DNA of 64,000 bases from an uncultured Campylobacter sp. (GCA_963516105.1 CAUPZP010000003.1:58046-122045); one strand, 5' to 3'; shown: positions 17,912-28,470, counted from the stretch's first letter. Numbers and translations are program-made. Notes: generated from the sequence alone by a model not told the origin.

Positions 17912-20432
17912 GATTTTGCTGCGGTAGATTTTGTTCTTTTATCTCTAAATTTATCTTGTCGTTCGCTTCAAAAAATTTATATTCTAAATCGTCTGAAACG
18001 TAACTTATGCTTTTATCCTCGCAAGGCTGTTTCGGTCGAGCTGTGATTTTAGCCAGCATCGGCGGAAGCTCTTTTGAGATTAGCGTTTTTATCGACATAT
18101 CTAAACCGTGCGTCAGCGTTTTGATAAATTTACCGTCAAGCTGACTTTCATTTTCTATTATATTTAGAGTAGCGTCGTAGCCTAAATTTTTCAGTTCGTC
18201 GTAGAGCCGTTGTTTTTCGCTAGCCGGAGCGTAAAAATCGTCATAAGCGTAATGATAACTCGTGTAAATTTGCTTTTTATAGCCGCTTTGGACTTTGAGG
18301 TGTTGCGGCATTAGAATTTCTCTTATGCATTTTCTCGATTTAGAAAAATAAGCCGGCGAAGCCTTGTCTAGCGTCCAATGCGTCTTGTCGAATAAATAAA
18401 GCTCGATATTGTGATAGCATTCGCTGGTGTAGCCGCTGTAATATTTCATGTAATCTATCTCTTTGCCAAAGCCGATAAAAGGCCAGTGCGCTAGCGCATA
18501 ACTGCTGTTATCTATGACGCCGTCTATGAGCCACGGGGCGATTTTGGCGGCCATATGCGATAGATAGCCTCCGTGCGAGCTGCCGATCATGACGACTGGT
18601 AGGTCGTTTATGTCGGTTGTGCACTCAAAAGGAGCGTTGGCTTTTACGAAAAGTAGCGCATTGATCAAATCCTGTGCCTGCATAATGCCGAAATTTTGAT
18701 ATTCGTTTTTAGTCGGTTGAAGAGAAATTGATAGTTTAAGCGACAAGTCTTGAGGTGCTGTCTTATCGCGTTTTCTTGCGTCTATTAGATTGTCGATATC
18801 AAGCAGGGTTTGCGTATCGATTACGCTTAAATTTTCCGGGAGCTCTATGCCGCACCTGGCGCATTCTTTTTTTAATATCGATCTATCTAAATCGTCAAAA
18901 AATATCGTCGCTCCTGTTTGCGGTCTATCTCCGATACAGTGGTAGTTTACGCCTACTACGGCTACACTAAATTCGCTCGCGACAAACTGCGCTAAGTGCT
19001 CGCGGTAGTTGCTGTCCGCGTCTCCTCCGTAGCCAGGGATTATAAAAACTATTGACGAGACCGGCTTTTTGGTATCAAAGCAAAGGTTAAACTCTAGCAG
19101 GCTTTCGCGCTTTATATTAAGCTCGGTATCGTCGCAGGAGTGGATTTTATACGTTTTTTTAACTACCGTGCCGTTTTGCCATATTTTTGAAACTTGTAGA
19201 TTGATTTTATCGTTAGATTCAAAAAATTTATACTCTAAATTTTCCGAGATATAGGTTATGCTTTTATCCTCGCAAGGTTGTTTAGGGCGAGTTGCGATCT
19301 TGGCTAACATTGGCGGAAGCTCTTTTGAGATCAGCGTTTTTATAGACATGTCAAAGCCGTGGGTTAACGATTTGATAAATTTGCCGTCAAGCTCGCTTTC
19401 GTCTTTTATTATTTTTAACGTCGCGTCTATGCCGCATGCGTTAAATTTGCTATAAAGTTCTGATTTATCAGCGATAGGAGCGATATCGTCTCCGGCATAG
19501 TGATAGCTTAGATAAATCGGCTTTGGATATTTGCTTTGGGTTTTTACGTGGTCTAAATTTAAAATATAACGTATCTTTTCGTGCGCTGGCATAAATCTCT
19601 TATCGGAGCCATCTTTTAAGGTCCAAAGCGTCTTGTCGGAGATGAAAAAATTTATATGTTTAAAAAGCATATCGTTTGATGAGCAGCAGTGATTCATATA
19701 GTCAAGCTCCTTACCAAATCCCACGATCCTAAGCGGATATTTGGCATAACTGCTGTTATCGATGACGCCGTCTATGAGCCACGGAGCGATCTTGGCGGCC
19801 ATATGCGATAGGTAGCCTCCATGCGAGCTGCCGATCATGACGACTGGTAGTTCGTTTAAATTTTTAATCGCTTTAAACGGCGCATTTGCTTTTATAAAAA
19901 GTAGGGCGTTTATCAAATCCTGCGCCTGCATGATGCCGAAATTTTGATATTCGTTTTTTATCGGATCAATCGTAAGGGATAAATTTAAAACAAAATCTTT
20001 TGGAAATGCTCCGCTATTTTTATTGTTATCTATATAGTTACTAACAGCAGACAAAACGCCGTTTAGCTTATCGAAATTTTTTAGCGAGCTCAGGTCGCCG
20101 CCTAGTTGTAGGTTGATCTCTCGGCATTTTTCTCTTAAAATTTCTTGATCAAATTCGTCCATATAGTATCTAGCGCCCGTAACTAATCTGTTGTAAATAT
20201 GATGATAATCTACATTAATCACGGCTACGTTATATTCCCTCGCCGTAAATTCGGCTAAGTGGTCTCTGTATGCCTTATCGACGTCGCCGCCGCATCCAGG
20301 TACTATAAAAACTATGGCGTTAACCGGTTTGTCATCGTCGTAGCATAGTTTAAAGTGTAAATTTGTAAAGCGCTTGACGCCTAGCTCCATGTCGTCGCAA
20401 GAGTTGATTTCGTAGATTTTACTGACTACCAT
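17898..20432 (-). CDS. tandem double DUF2920 protein (two fused domains)
   Basis: Two complete copies of SCDD…EYQNFGIMQAQD…GSSHG…THG in one 844-aa ORF. Confidence 0.85.
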   Translation of the reverse strand: MVVSKIYEINSCDDMELGVKRFTNLHFKLCYDDDKPVNAIVFIVPGCGGDVDKAYRDHLAEFTAREYNVAVINVDYHHIYNRLVTGARYYMDEFDQEILREKCREINLQLGGDLSSLKNFDKLNGVLSAVSNYIDNNKNSGAFPKDFVLNLSLTIDPIKNEYQNFGIMQAQDLINALLFIKANAPFKAIKNLNELPVVMIGSSHGGYLSHMAAKIAPWLIDGVIDNSSYAKYPLRIVGFGKELDYMNHCCSSNDMLFKHINFFISDKTLWTLKDGSDKRFMPAHEKIRYILNLDHVKTQSKYPKPIYLSYHYAGDDIAPIADKSELYSKFNACGIDATLKIIKDESELDGKFIKSLTHGFDMSIKTLISKELPPMLAKIATRPKQPCEDKSITYISENLEYKFFESNDKINLQVSKIWQNGTVVKKTYKIHSCDDTELNIKRESLLEFNLCFDTKKPVSSIVFIIPGYGGDADSNYREHLAQFVASEFSVAVVGVNYHCIGDRPQTGATIFFDDLDRSILKKECARCGIELPENLSVIDTQTLLDIDNLIDARKRDKTAPQDLSLKLSISLQPTKNEYQNFGIMQAQDLINALLFVKANAPFECTTDINDLPVVMIGSSHGGYLSHMAAKIAPWLIDGVIDNSSYALAHWPFIGFGKEIDYMKYYSGYTSECYHNIELYLFDKTHWTLDKASPAYFSKSRKCIREILMPQHLKVQSGYKKQIYTSYHYAYDDFYAPASEKQRLYDELKNLGYDATLNIIENESQLDGKFIKTLTHGLDMSIKTLISKELPPMLAKITARPKQPCEDKSISYVSDDLEYKFFEANDKINLEIKEQNLPQQNHDNK

Positions 20433-20587
20433 TTTTTGCCTTCCGCGGATTTTTGTTATTATACCCCCGCCGAGCTAAATTTAGCTTTTTAGGTATGTAA
20501 GCTATACGGCGTATTTATCAAAGATAATGAAAATAGTTGTTTGGGTTTTGAAAATTTGAGCGTATAAATTAAAATATAATTACGAAA

Positions 20588-21550
20588 TTAAAAATTCTTT
20601 ACGGTTTCGCCGCCGAATTTCAGTAGCGCCGAACCCCACGTAAAGCCGCCACCGAACGCATCTAGTAAAAGCAAATCGCCTTTTTTAAGTCTGCCCGCTT
20701 TATATGCGTCGTTCATCGCCATAGGTATAGAGGCTGAGCTTGTGTTGCCGTATTTTCCGACGGTTACGACGCACTGTTCGTTTGTAAAATTTAAGCGTTG
20801 CTTGACTGCTTCGATGATGCGTAAATTTGCCTGATGAGGTATAAAAAGATCTATTTTATCGCTTGGAATTTGATTTTTTTCTAGGATATCTACGACGTCT
20901 TTGGTTAGCGTCTGGACTGCGATTTTAAAGACCTCGTTGCCCGACATCTTAATAAATTTCTCTTCGCCACCTGGAGTTATGAGCAGGTTTGCGTAGTTGC
21001 CGTCGGCTGCAGTGTGAACGTCGATTATTTCGTTTTCTTCGCTAGCGCTTACGACTGCTGCACCCGCTCCGTCGCCAAATAGTATGCAAGTCGTTCTATC
21101 GGTCCAATCGACGATCTTACTTAGTTTTTCGGCTCCGATTATCAATACGTTTTTTTTGCTTCCGCTTTCAATTAGTGATTTTGCAAGCTCAAGCAGATAA
21201 ATAAAACCCGTACATGCCGCACTTATATCAAATGCTGTAATGGCATTTATACCTAAATTTTTAGCGATCTTGCACGCCGTTGAGGGCATACAAAAGTGAT
21301 CTGGCGAGATGGTCGCGCAAATAATGGCGTCGATATTTTTTGCGGTCAAATTTGCTCTTTCAAGCGCTAACTGTGCTGCTTTCGTGCCAAGATCGCTCGT
21401 ATTTTCATCCTGTGCTATGCGTCGTTGGCTAATACCTGTACGCTTAACTATCCACTCGTCGTTGGTTTCCACCATTTTTTCAAGATCGAAATTTGTTAAA
21501 ATTTTAGGTGGAGCGTATGCGGCTATGGATATTAGCGAGGCTTTTGGCAT
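20588..21550 (-). CDS. fabH: 3-oxoacyl-ACP synthase III (likely ATG start 21550; ORF open to TTG 21580)
   Basis: AACTGF, PHQAN and GNTSSAS catalytic motifs. Confidence 0.96.
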   Translation of the reverse strand: MPKASLISIAAYAPPKILTNFDLEKMVETNDEWIVKRTGISQRRIAQDENTSDLGTKAAQLALERANLTAKNIDAIICATISPDHFCMPSTACKIAKNLGINAITAFDISAACTGFIYLLELAKSLIESGSKKNVLIIGAEKLSKIVDWTDRTTCILFGDGAGAAVVSASEENEIIDVHTAADGNYANLLITPGGEEKFIKMSGNEVFKIAVQTLTKDVVDILEKNQIPSDKIDLFIPHQANLRIIEAVKQRLNFTNEQCVVTVGKYGNTSSASIPMAMNDAYKAGRLKKGDLLLLDAFGGGFTWGSALLKFGGETVKNF

Positions 21551-21569
21551 TAAATTTTTCTTTGTAATT

Positions 21570-22559
21570 TCATTTTGCAAAGTGCGAAAGCTCGTCTTCG
21601 ATGACTTTATTTATATCGGAGTTTGCGAATTTTAGAGCTTGAAATATCGCGTTTTTGATAGCTTTTGGTGTGCTTTTACCGTGGCTTATTATGACGCAGC
21701 CGTTCACGCCAAGTAGCGGTGCACCGCCATATTCGTCGTAATCAACTTGCTGTTTTAATGTTTTAAAAACTTTTTTCATGAGAAGCGAGCCTGCTATAGC
21801 GACCGGGGATTTTTTAACATGTTTTTTGATGATTTTAGTTATCGCGTCAGCTACGCCTTCGCTTGTTTTTAGTAGGATATTTCCGACAAATCCATCGCAA
21901 ATAACGACATCGACACTTCCGTCAAAAACCTGATTTCCTTCTGCGTTGCCTACGAAGCTGTCGAGTTTTGAGATCATTTCAAAGGCTTCTTTAGTCGCCT
22001 CGTTGCCCTTACTGCTCTCTTCGCCGTTAGATAAAAGTCCTAGTTTAGGGGATTTTATTTTTAAAATTTCTTTTGCGTAGGCTTCGCCCATTATCGCAAA
22101 TTGAAATAGATGCTCCGGCCTACAGTCCACGTTTGCGCCGACGTCCAAAACTAGCGTGTTGCCGCCGGTTACGTTTGGCATTAGAGTCGCTATCGCCGGG
22201 CGCGAGACATTTTTCAGTCGCCCGACTCGAAGCGTGGCAAGACTCATCGTAGCTCCGCTGTGTCCCGCCGAAACTACGGCCATAGTTTGTTTATTTTTAA
22301 GTAGCTCGATAGCCTTAAAAATACTGCTTTCTTTCCGCTTTAACGCATCGGTGGCGCCGTCGCTCATAGAAACGACCTCGTCGGCTTGAATAAATTTTAC
22401 GTATTGTTTTAAATTTTGCGGAACAAGGCTCTCTAAAATTTTCATATCGCCTACCAAAACGGCTTCAAATTTTACTTCTTTTAAAGCCTCGATCACGCCG
22501 CCGATAATAGGTTGCGGACCGAAGTCGCCGCCCATCGCGTCAATGCAAATGCTGGTCAT
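21570..22559 (-). CDS. plsX: phosphate acyltransferase
   Basis: [23 protein letters not shown] and HGKS. Confidence 0.97.
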   Translation of the reverse strand: MTSICIDAMGGDFGPQPIIGGVIEALKEVKFEAVLVGDMKILESLVPQNLKQYVKFIQADEVVSMSDGATDALKRKESSIFKAIELLKNKQTMAVVSAGHSGATMSLATLRVGRLKNVSRPAIATLMPNVTGGNTLVLDVGANVDCRPEHLFQFAIMGEAYAKEILKIKSPKLGLLSNGEESSKGNEATKEAFEMISKLDSFVGNAEGNQVFDGSVDVVICDGFVGNILLKTSEGVADAITKIIKKHVKKSPVAIAGSLLMKKVFKTLKQQVDYDEYGGAPLLGVNGCVIISHGKSTPKAIKNAIFQALKFANSDINKVIEDELSHFAK

Positions 22560-22564
22560 TTGTA

Positions 22565-22711
22565 TTAATACTCTCCGGTAGTTTTATTTACGCGGTGAGG
22601 CATTTTCCATGAGCCGTCTTTGTCTTTTACGGGAACGGGAAGCGTTACTTTGTAGTGCGTTCTTCTCTTTGCCGCGCGAGTATGACTTACTCTTCGTTTA
22701 GGTACTGCCAT
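22565..22711 (-). CDS. rpmF: 50S ribosomal protein L32 (48 aa, not in the ORF track)
   Basis: My translation: [56 protein letters not shown]; yceD-rpmF-plsX-fabH order. Confidence 0.97.
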   Translation of the reverse strand: MAVPKRRVSHTRAAKRRTHYKVTLPVPVKDKDGSWKMPHRVNKTTGEY

Positions 22712-22722
22712 TTTATTCTCCT

Positions 22723-23079
22723 TTATAGATTTTTACATTTTTCGCAATAAAAATAATCGCTCTTAAAAGCTTCTATTTCGCTTGTCAATACTTCTTCTAA
22801 ATTTACAAAACCGTCGAAAAACTCGACCGCATCGTCGAGATTTTCTTCTTTATCTTTGTAAATTCCGTCGCTTAATATCAAATTTACATCTTCATCAAGC
22901 TTTAAATTTATATCTTCGCCGCATCGGTCGCAGTTGTGAGTTATTTCGCCTACGATTCTTCCTTTACAACTAACTAAATTTTGGGTTATTCTTTTTAGTT
23001 CGCCGTTGAAAATTACTCCCTCCGAGTTTAGCTCGAACGGCATTTGATTATTTGTGACTTTGGCGAAAGATATTTTCAA
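22723..23079 (-). CDS. YceD/DUF177-like metal-binding protein
   Basis: CDRC motif and C-terminal CxxC; lies upstream of rpmF. Confidence 0.75.
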   Translation of the reverse strand: MKISFAKVTNNQMPFELNSEGVIFNGELKRITQNLVSCKGRIVGEITHNCDRCGEDINLKLDEDVNLILSDGIYKDKEENLDDAVEFFDGFVNLEEVLTSEIEAFKSDYFYCEKCKNL

Positions 23080-23093
23080 AATTTAACCTAAAT

Positions 23094-23507
23094 TTAGCAA
23101 ATTTCTCTTGTTGCAAAGAAAAATGCGATCTCGTTTTTAGCGTTTTCTAGGCTGTCGCTACCGTGAACGGCGTTTGCGTCGATGCTCTCTGCAAAGTCGG
23201 CTCTAATAGTGCCCGATTTTGCTTCTTTTGGGTTTGTTGCGCCCATTAGATCGCGATTTTTGGCTACCGCATCGTCGCCCTCAAGAACCATAACTACGAC
23301 TGGTCCGCTAACCATAAAATCAACCAAATCGTTGAAGAAAGGTCTGTCTTTGTGAACTGCATAGAAAGCTTTTGCGTCGCATGTGCTTAGTTTGACTTTT
23401 TTCATAGCGGCGATTCTTAGTCCATTACTTTCGAATCTATCCACGATTTTTCCGATAACGCCCTTTTTTACGGCATCAGGCTTGATAATAGAAAGCGTTT
23501 GTTGCAT
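23094..23507 (-). CDS. ndk: nucleoside diphosphate kinase
   Basis: [15 protein letters not shown] and NAVHGSDS. Confidence 0.98.
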   Translation of the reverse strand: MQQTLSIIKPDAVKKGVIGKIVDRFESNGLRIAAMKKVKLSTCDAKAFYAVHKDRPFFNDLVDFMVSGPVVVMVLEGDDAVAKNRDLMGATNPKEAKSGTIRADFAESIDANAVHGSDSLENAKNEIAFFFATREIC

Positions 23508-23571
23508 AAAATTTCCTTTTTGTGGTTTTTATAAGGCGGTGATTATATCAAAAAAAAATTAAATTTCAAAA

Positions 23572-23592
23572 TAAGCCCCGCAAAAGGGCTTA
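23572..23592 (-). terminator. hairpin after the ferredoxin gene
   Basis: TAAGCCC/GGGCTTA inverted repeat with a T-rich tail on the minus strand. Confidence 0.5.
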
Positions 23593-23602
23593 GATGCGTA
23601 GC

Positions 23603-23887
23603 TTACGAGATGACGGCAGTTTCTCCCGTTCTCATATCTGCAGTTATCTCGGCGCGAGAAGGCTGTCCTGCAAAAGGAGCGTCCCAAACGATGCAGCCGT
23701 CAGTCGGACAGGCCGAGGCGCATGCCGGTTCGTCGTTAAATCCTACACACTCTACGCATTTATCCGCATAGACGTAGTATGCGTCCTCGCCGGTCGGGTT
23801 ATCCGCGTCGTCTACGATAGCGCTCGTCGGGCACTCGTCGATGCATGAGCCGCAGCTGATGCAAATATCTGTTATTTTTACTGCCAT
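23603..23887 (-). CDS. fdxA: 2[4Fe-4S] ferredoxin
   Basis: CxxCxxCxxxCP and CxxC…CxxxCP; divergent from ahpC as in C. jejuni. Confidence 0.9.
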   Translation of the reverse strand: MAVKITDICISCGSCIDECPTSAIVDDADNPTGEDAYYVYADKCVECVGFNDEPACASACPTDGCIVWDAPFAGQPSRAEITADMRTGETAVIS

Positions 23888-24013
23888 TTTTTATCCTTGT
23901 TGGTCAAAATTTTCGCAAGAATATCAAAAACTAAGTAAATTTGATATTAAATTTTTGCGTTAAATTTTAAAACGAAAAAGTTAAATTTTTAGCTCTTTTT
24001 AATCTTTAGATGA

Positions 24014-24019
24014 TATAAT
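24014..24019 (+). promoter_or_regulatory. sigma70 -10 box (TGaTATAAT, extended -10) for ahpC
   Basis: TGATATAAT about 35 nt upstream of the start codon, in an AT-rich divergent spacer. Confidence 0.55.
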
Positions 24020-24052
24020 TTCGCTACAAATAAAAATTATTAAGGAGAAAAA

Positions 24053-24652
24053 ATGTTAGTAACAAAAAAAGCACCTGACTTTACAGCTGCAGCAGTTTTA
24101 GGAAACAATCAAATCGTAAACGATTTCAACCTATATAAAAATATCGGCGAGAAAGGCGCGGTAGTATTTTTCTACCCTATGGACTTTACATTTGTTTGCC
24201 CTAGCGAGATCATCGCGTTTGACAAAAGATACGACGAATTTAAAGCTCGCGGTATCGAAGTTATCGGCGTTTCAACAGACAACCAATTCTCTCACTTCGC
24301 ATGGAAAGAAACTCCGGTAAACAAAGGCGGTATCGGCCAAGTTCGCTACCCGCTAGTAGCCGATATGACGAAGTCTATCGCTCGCGGCTTTGACGTACTT
24401 CTAGAAGACGCTGGCGTCGCTCTTCGCGGTAGCTTCTTACTTGATAAAGACGGCACCGTTCGCCATGCGGTTATCAACGACCTTCCGCTTGGCAGAAACA
24501 TCGACGAGATGATCAGAATGGTAGATACTATGCTATTTACAAACGAGCACGGAGAGGTTTGCCCTGCCGGCTGGAACAAAGGCGATAAAGGCATGAAAGC
24601 CGATACTGCAGGCGTCGCAGACTACCTGTCTCACAACGCAGATAAACTATAA
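24053..24652 (+). CDS. ahpC: 2-Cys peroxiredoxin
   Basis: FYPMDFTFVCP and GEVCPAGW. Confidence 0.97.
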   Translation: MLVTKKAPDFTAAAVLGNNQIVNDFNLYKNIGEKGAVVFFYPMDFTFVCPSEIIAFDKRYDEFKARGIEVIGVSTDNQFSHFAWKETPVNKGGIGQVRYPLVADMTKSIARGFDVLLEDAGVALRGSFLLDKDGTVRHAVINDLPLGRNIDEMIRMVDTMLFTNEHGEVCPAGWNKGDKGMKADTAGVADYLSHNADKL

Positions 24653-24663
24653 TCATCCAAATT

Positions 24664-24685
24664 TAAGGGCGAGCTCTCGCCCTTA
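24664..24685 (+). terminator. hairpin after ahpC
   Basis: TAAGGGCGAG/CTCGCCCTTA 10-bp inverted repeat. Confidence 0.6.
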
Positions 24686-24817
24686 GTGCTTCTTTTCTAC
24701 ATCTTTACACCAAAACAACATTAAGTTTAATACAAAATATCAGTAATTAAATGAAAAAATAAGGATTTTTTACTATAATCTAGTTTTAAACTTTATTCAA
24801 AAGGAATCATATTTCAG

Positions 24818-25543
24818 ATGAACGGTACGTATAACGACAGCTCTTTTATGCGCGAGGACGCAGTGACCGTATTTGCCAGAGTACGAAACGATAACCGCCA
24901 GGTGCACTTTCTAAATCTTTACAACGGCGTAAAAGTCGAGTGCATGAGCGAAGTAGAGCATGTAGAAGACGATACGGTCGTCTGCAAGGTAACATTAGAG
25001 CAAATTTTGGCCATGAAAGAGGAACAAAACGCCTATATCGTACGCGATGAATATTTTTCCGAAAATTTAAGGGCGGATATCGTCGGATTTGATCTTGCAA
25101 ATTTGACCGTAACGCTACAAAATTTCACGTATATGCAAAATTTGCACGCGAATTTAAGAAAACATCAGCGCGTATATCCGGATCGTTACACCAAGGTGAT
25201 CCTCACGCAAAACGGTAGCGAAATACAGGGTAACCTATACGATATCTCAAGGGGAGGCCTAGGCGTCGTTAGCTTGGACGACGGCGGATTTAAAGAGAGC
25301 GAGCCTGTAAACGCCAAATTTGAGCTATATATACCGGATGAAGCCAGCGGCTCTAATAAAAACATAAAAATAGATACCGATCTAAAACTAGTCGCCGCTT
25401 TAAAATATAAAGGTGCGATGAGATATTGTTGCGAGCTAACAGGCAAAGACGGTACTACGGGCGAAGATATCGCGAAATTTACCAAAAAACGCGTAATAGA
25501 AACTCTAGAAGAGCTAAAAGAGCAGCTAAAAACTTACCAATAA
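24818..25543 (+). CDS. PilZ-domain protein
   Basis: RKHQR (RxxxR) and DISRGG (DxSxxG) motifs in the C-terminal half. Confidence 0.8.
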   Translation: MNGTYNDSSFMREDAVTVFARVRNDNRQVHFLNLYNGVKVECMSEVEHVEDDTVVCKVTLEQILAMKEEQNAYIVRDEYFSENLRADIVGFDLANLTVTLQNFTYMQNLHANLRKHQRVYPDRYTKVILTQNGSEIQGNLYDISRGGLGVVSLDDGGFKESEPVNAKFELYIPDEASGSNKNIKIDTDLKLVAALKYKGAMRYCCELTGKDGTTGEDIAKFTKKRVIETLEELKEQLKTYQ

Positions 25544-25558
25544 ATTTAACGCAAAACT

Positions 25559-25587
25559 AAAAGGCGAGCCTTGCGCTTGCCTTTTTT
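25559..25587 (+). terminator. intrinsic terminator after the PilZ gene
   Basis: AAGGCGAGC/GCTTGCCTT stem followed by a T-run. Confidence 0.6.
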
Positions 25588-25683
25588 AAATTTTACCCGC
25601 TTCGATTTCAAATTTACCCCGCAGCTTCACCCGAAATTTAAACAAAAATCAGTAAAATAGCCCAAAATCTACAAGGAAATTTC

Positions 25684-27993
25684 ATGAAAACCATTCAAGA
25701 AAATTTAAAGCTATTTTACGTAGGTCTCAAAGAAAAAGAGCCGTTTTTTTACAAAAACAAAGACCTCACGACGCACGCAGCCATCATCGGCATGACTGGT
25801 AGCGGTAAAACAGGCCTTGGTATCGGCATCCTAGAAGAAGCCTGCATCGATAATATCCCGACTTTTATAATCGACCCAAAGGGCGATATGACAAACCTTG
25901 CCTTGGCGTTTCCGCAGATGCGAGCGCAGGATTTTGCGCCGTACGTCGATGAAAACGAAGCGCAAAACAAAGGCATGAGCGTGGACGAGTTTGCCGCGAG
26001 TGAAGCGCAGACGTGGGCAAAAGGCATCGAAGGCTCGTTTCAAAGTCTAGAGCGCGTGGGACTTTTTAAAGATAGCGCCGAGCTAAAAATTTATACTCCA
26101 AAGAGCAGTAGCGGCGTCGGCGTGGCGCTGCTGGGCGATTTTGCGCGCCCAAATTTAGACGCAGGCAGCGAGGAGTTTAGCGAGTACGTAGGCTCTCTGG
26201 CTAGCTCCGTGCTCTCGCTCGTTGGCATAGAAAACGACGTAAACTCAAAAGAACACCTGCTCATTTCAAACATTTTTATCGATAAATTTACCCAGAGCGC
26301 GGACGTGAGCTTAGAGGAGCTCATCGGCTTTATCGCGACACCTCCGTTTGCTAAGATCGGCGTATTTGACGTGGAGAAATTTTATCCAAGCTCCGATCGC
26401 ATGAAGCTAGCGGTCAAGATCAACACGCTGCTTGCAAGTCCAGATTTTCGTGCGTGGCTAAGCGGTGAGCGACTCGATATCTCAAAGATGCTTTTTAACG
26501 CAAACGGCAAGGCAAAGTGCAATATCTTTACCATATCGCACCTAAAAGACAGTGAGAGGATGTTTTTCGTGACGCTGCTGCTAAATGAAATCATCGCGTG
26601 GATGCGCAAGACCGAGGGTACGAGCTCGCTTCGTGCGGTGCTTTATATGGACGAGATTTTCGGATTTTTCCCGCCAAACGGCAACCCGCCTAGCAAAACT
26701 CCGATGCTTACGCTACTCAAGCAAGCCCGCGCGCACGGCCTCGGCGTGATACTTAGCACTCAAAACCCGGTCGATCTGGACTACAAAGGCCTTAGCAACA
26801 TCGGCACGTGGTTTATCGGGCGCTTGCAAACCGCTCAGGATAAAGCGCGCGTGATCGACGGTATGACGGGGCTTGCGGGCTCTGCGATGGATAAAGGCGA
26901 GATAGAAAATCTCATCTCAAATTTGCAAAAGCGCAACTTCCTACTAAAAAACATCCACGAGGACGGGCTATCCGTCATCTCGACGCGCTGGGCCCTGAGC
27001 TACCTAAAAGGACCGCTTAGCCGCGAGCAAATTTCAAATTTGATGAAAGAGCAAAAGAGCGGGCCAAATTTGAGCGGATCAAGCCCGGCAAAAAGCTCAA
27101 ATTTCGCCGCCAAACCGGTGCTGTCGCCCGATATCGCTCAAATTTACGCCGCTAGTTCAAATTTGCAGGAGGGCGGCGAGCTGGAGGGGTATCTTTACGG
27201 TGAAGCCAAAGTGCGATTTTATGACGCTAAAAAGGGGCTTGACGAGGTTCGCGAGGTAAATTTCACGCTAAGGCTGGATGAAGCTCAAAAAAGCGCCGAC
27301 TGGAGCGAAGCTAGCGAAAATATGCATTTTACCGCGGTTTCGGAGCCAAATTTCAAGCTCTCATACGCGCCGCTACCGGGCTTTGTCGCGGGAGCTAAAA
27401 ATTTCAAAGAGCTAACCAAAAATTTTAAAGAATTTATCTATAGAAACTACAAACTTAGGCTCTTTAGCGCGCTAAATTTAAGCTCGGCGCCAAATGAGAG
27501 TAAAGAGGAATTTTACGTCCGTTTGGCCGATAAATGCAACGAAATTTTAGAGGCGCAAACGGCCAAGCTCACGGCAGAATTTGACAAACAAAAAGCGCGC
27601 CTAGAAGAGAAACTAAACCGCTCGGTGGCAAAGCTAGAAAAAGAGCAGCGAGACTTTAAAAGCAAGGGGATCGAGACCGCGATCTCGGTGGGAGCGAGCA
27701 TTTTGGGCGCGATTTTTGGCAAGGGGTTACTAAGTAGCGGCAACATCGGCAAGGTCGCGACCTCCGCGCGCTCGGCAAACAGCGTGCTAAAAGAGCGCAG
27801 CGACGTCAAACTAAGCGAGCAAGAAGTCGCCCAGCTAAACGCGCAGATCGAGGAGCTGATGGCGAAATTTGAAGAAGACGCGAGCGCGCTAAAAGCCAAA
27901 AATGACGTGCAAAACGTGGAAGTGACGGAAGTGGAGGTTAGCCCGAAGAGTAGCGATATATACGACGAAAAACTCTATCTTCTTTGGAAGTAA
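25684..27993 (+). CDS. HerA/FtsK-like P-loop ATPase (DUF87/DUF853-like) with C-terminal coiled coil
   Basis: Walker A GMTGSGKT, IDPKGD, Walker B LYMDE, KQARAHG and STQNP. Confidence 0.8.
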   Translation: MKTIQENLKLFYVGLKEKEPFFYKNKDLTTHAAIIGMTGSGKTGLGIGILEEACIDNIPTFIIDPKGDMTNLALAFPQMRAQDFAPYVDENEAQNKGMSVDEFAASEAQTWAKGIEGSFQSLERVGLFKDSAELKIYTPKSSSGVGVALLGDFARPNLDAGSEEFSEYVGSLASSVLSLVGIENDVNSKEHLLISNIFIDKFTQSADVSLEELIGFIATPPFAKIGVFDVEKFYPSSDRMKLAVKINTLLASPDFRAWLSGERLDISKMLFNANGKAKCNIFTISHLKDSERMFFVTLLLNEIIAWMRKTEGTSSLRAVLYMDEIFGFFPPNGNPPSKTPMLTLLKQARAHGLGVILSTQNPVDLDYKGLSNIGTWFIGRLQTAQDKARVIDGMTGLAGSAMDKGEIENLISNLQKRNFLLKNIHEDGLSVISTRWALSYLKGPLSREQISNLMKEQKSGPNLSGSSPAKSSNFAAKPVLSPDIAQIYAASSNLQEGGELEGYLYGEAKVRFYDAKKGLDEVREVNFTLRLDEAQKSADWSEASENMHFTAVSEPNFKLSYAPLPGFVAGAKNFKELTKNFKEFIYRNYKLRLFSALNLSSAPNESKEEFYVRLADKCNEILEAQTAKLTAEFDKQKARLEEKLNRSVAKLEKEQRDFKSKGIETAISVGASILGAIFGKGLLSSGNIGKVATSARSANSVLKERSDVKLSEQEVAQLNAQIEELMAKFEEDASALKAKNDVQNVEVTEVEVSPKSSDIYDEKLYLLWK

Positions 27994-27999
27994 ATTTAG

Positions 28000-28470
28000 C
28001 GGCTTGTCTTTTGAGCGTCTTTATAGAAACCCCGCCTGCGGCGTCGCTACGCTGGTTTTGAATGAGTTTGAAATTTTAAGTCTGCGGCAGACTACTTGTC
28101 TAGCCTTGACTTAAAATTTCTGCACAACATTCAAATCCATCTCAAAATACTTCGCCTTAACTTTTTTATTCAAATTCGAAGCCAAATTTTATTCGCCGAG
28201 ACCTGCATCTTGAAAATACAAAATTTAACTCCATTAAATTTATAAACCCGCGACGCTTTGCTCGCAGAGCAAAGCTATGTCACCACATTAAAAGCGTCGT
28301 AGGGGGAGGAAGAGGGTGGGGAGCTCTTTTGCTTCGGCTTTGCCTCGCAACTGCAAAGCAGAGCGTAATTCAAGCCCCTTTCCCCTTAACAAGAAAGACT
28401 AAAATCCAAATTTGACAAAACCAAATTTAGCACCTTAAAGGTACAGGTCTCGGTGGGTAAAATTTACAAA
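28000..28470. repeat. composite palindromic intergenic repeat (MITE-like)
   Basis: CGGCTTGTCTTTT…AAAATACTTCGCC module (28000-28156) with an internal hairpin, then a module bounded by the inverted repeat CCGAGACCTG (28196-28205) / CAGGTCTCGG (28444-28453). It shares these motifs with 44705-45040. Confidence 0.7.
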
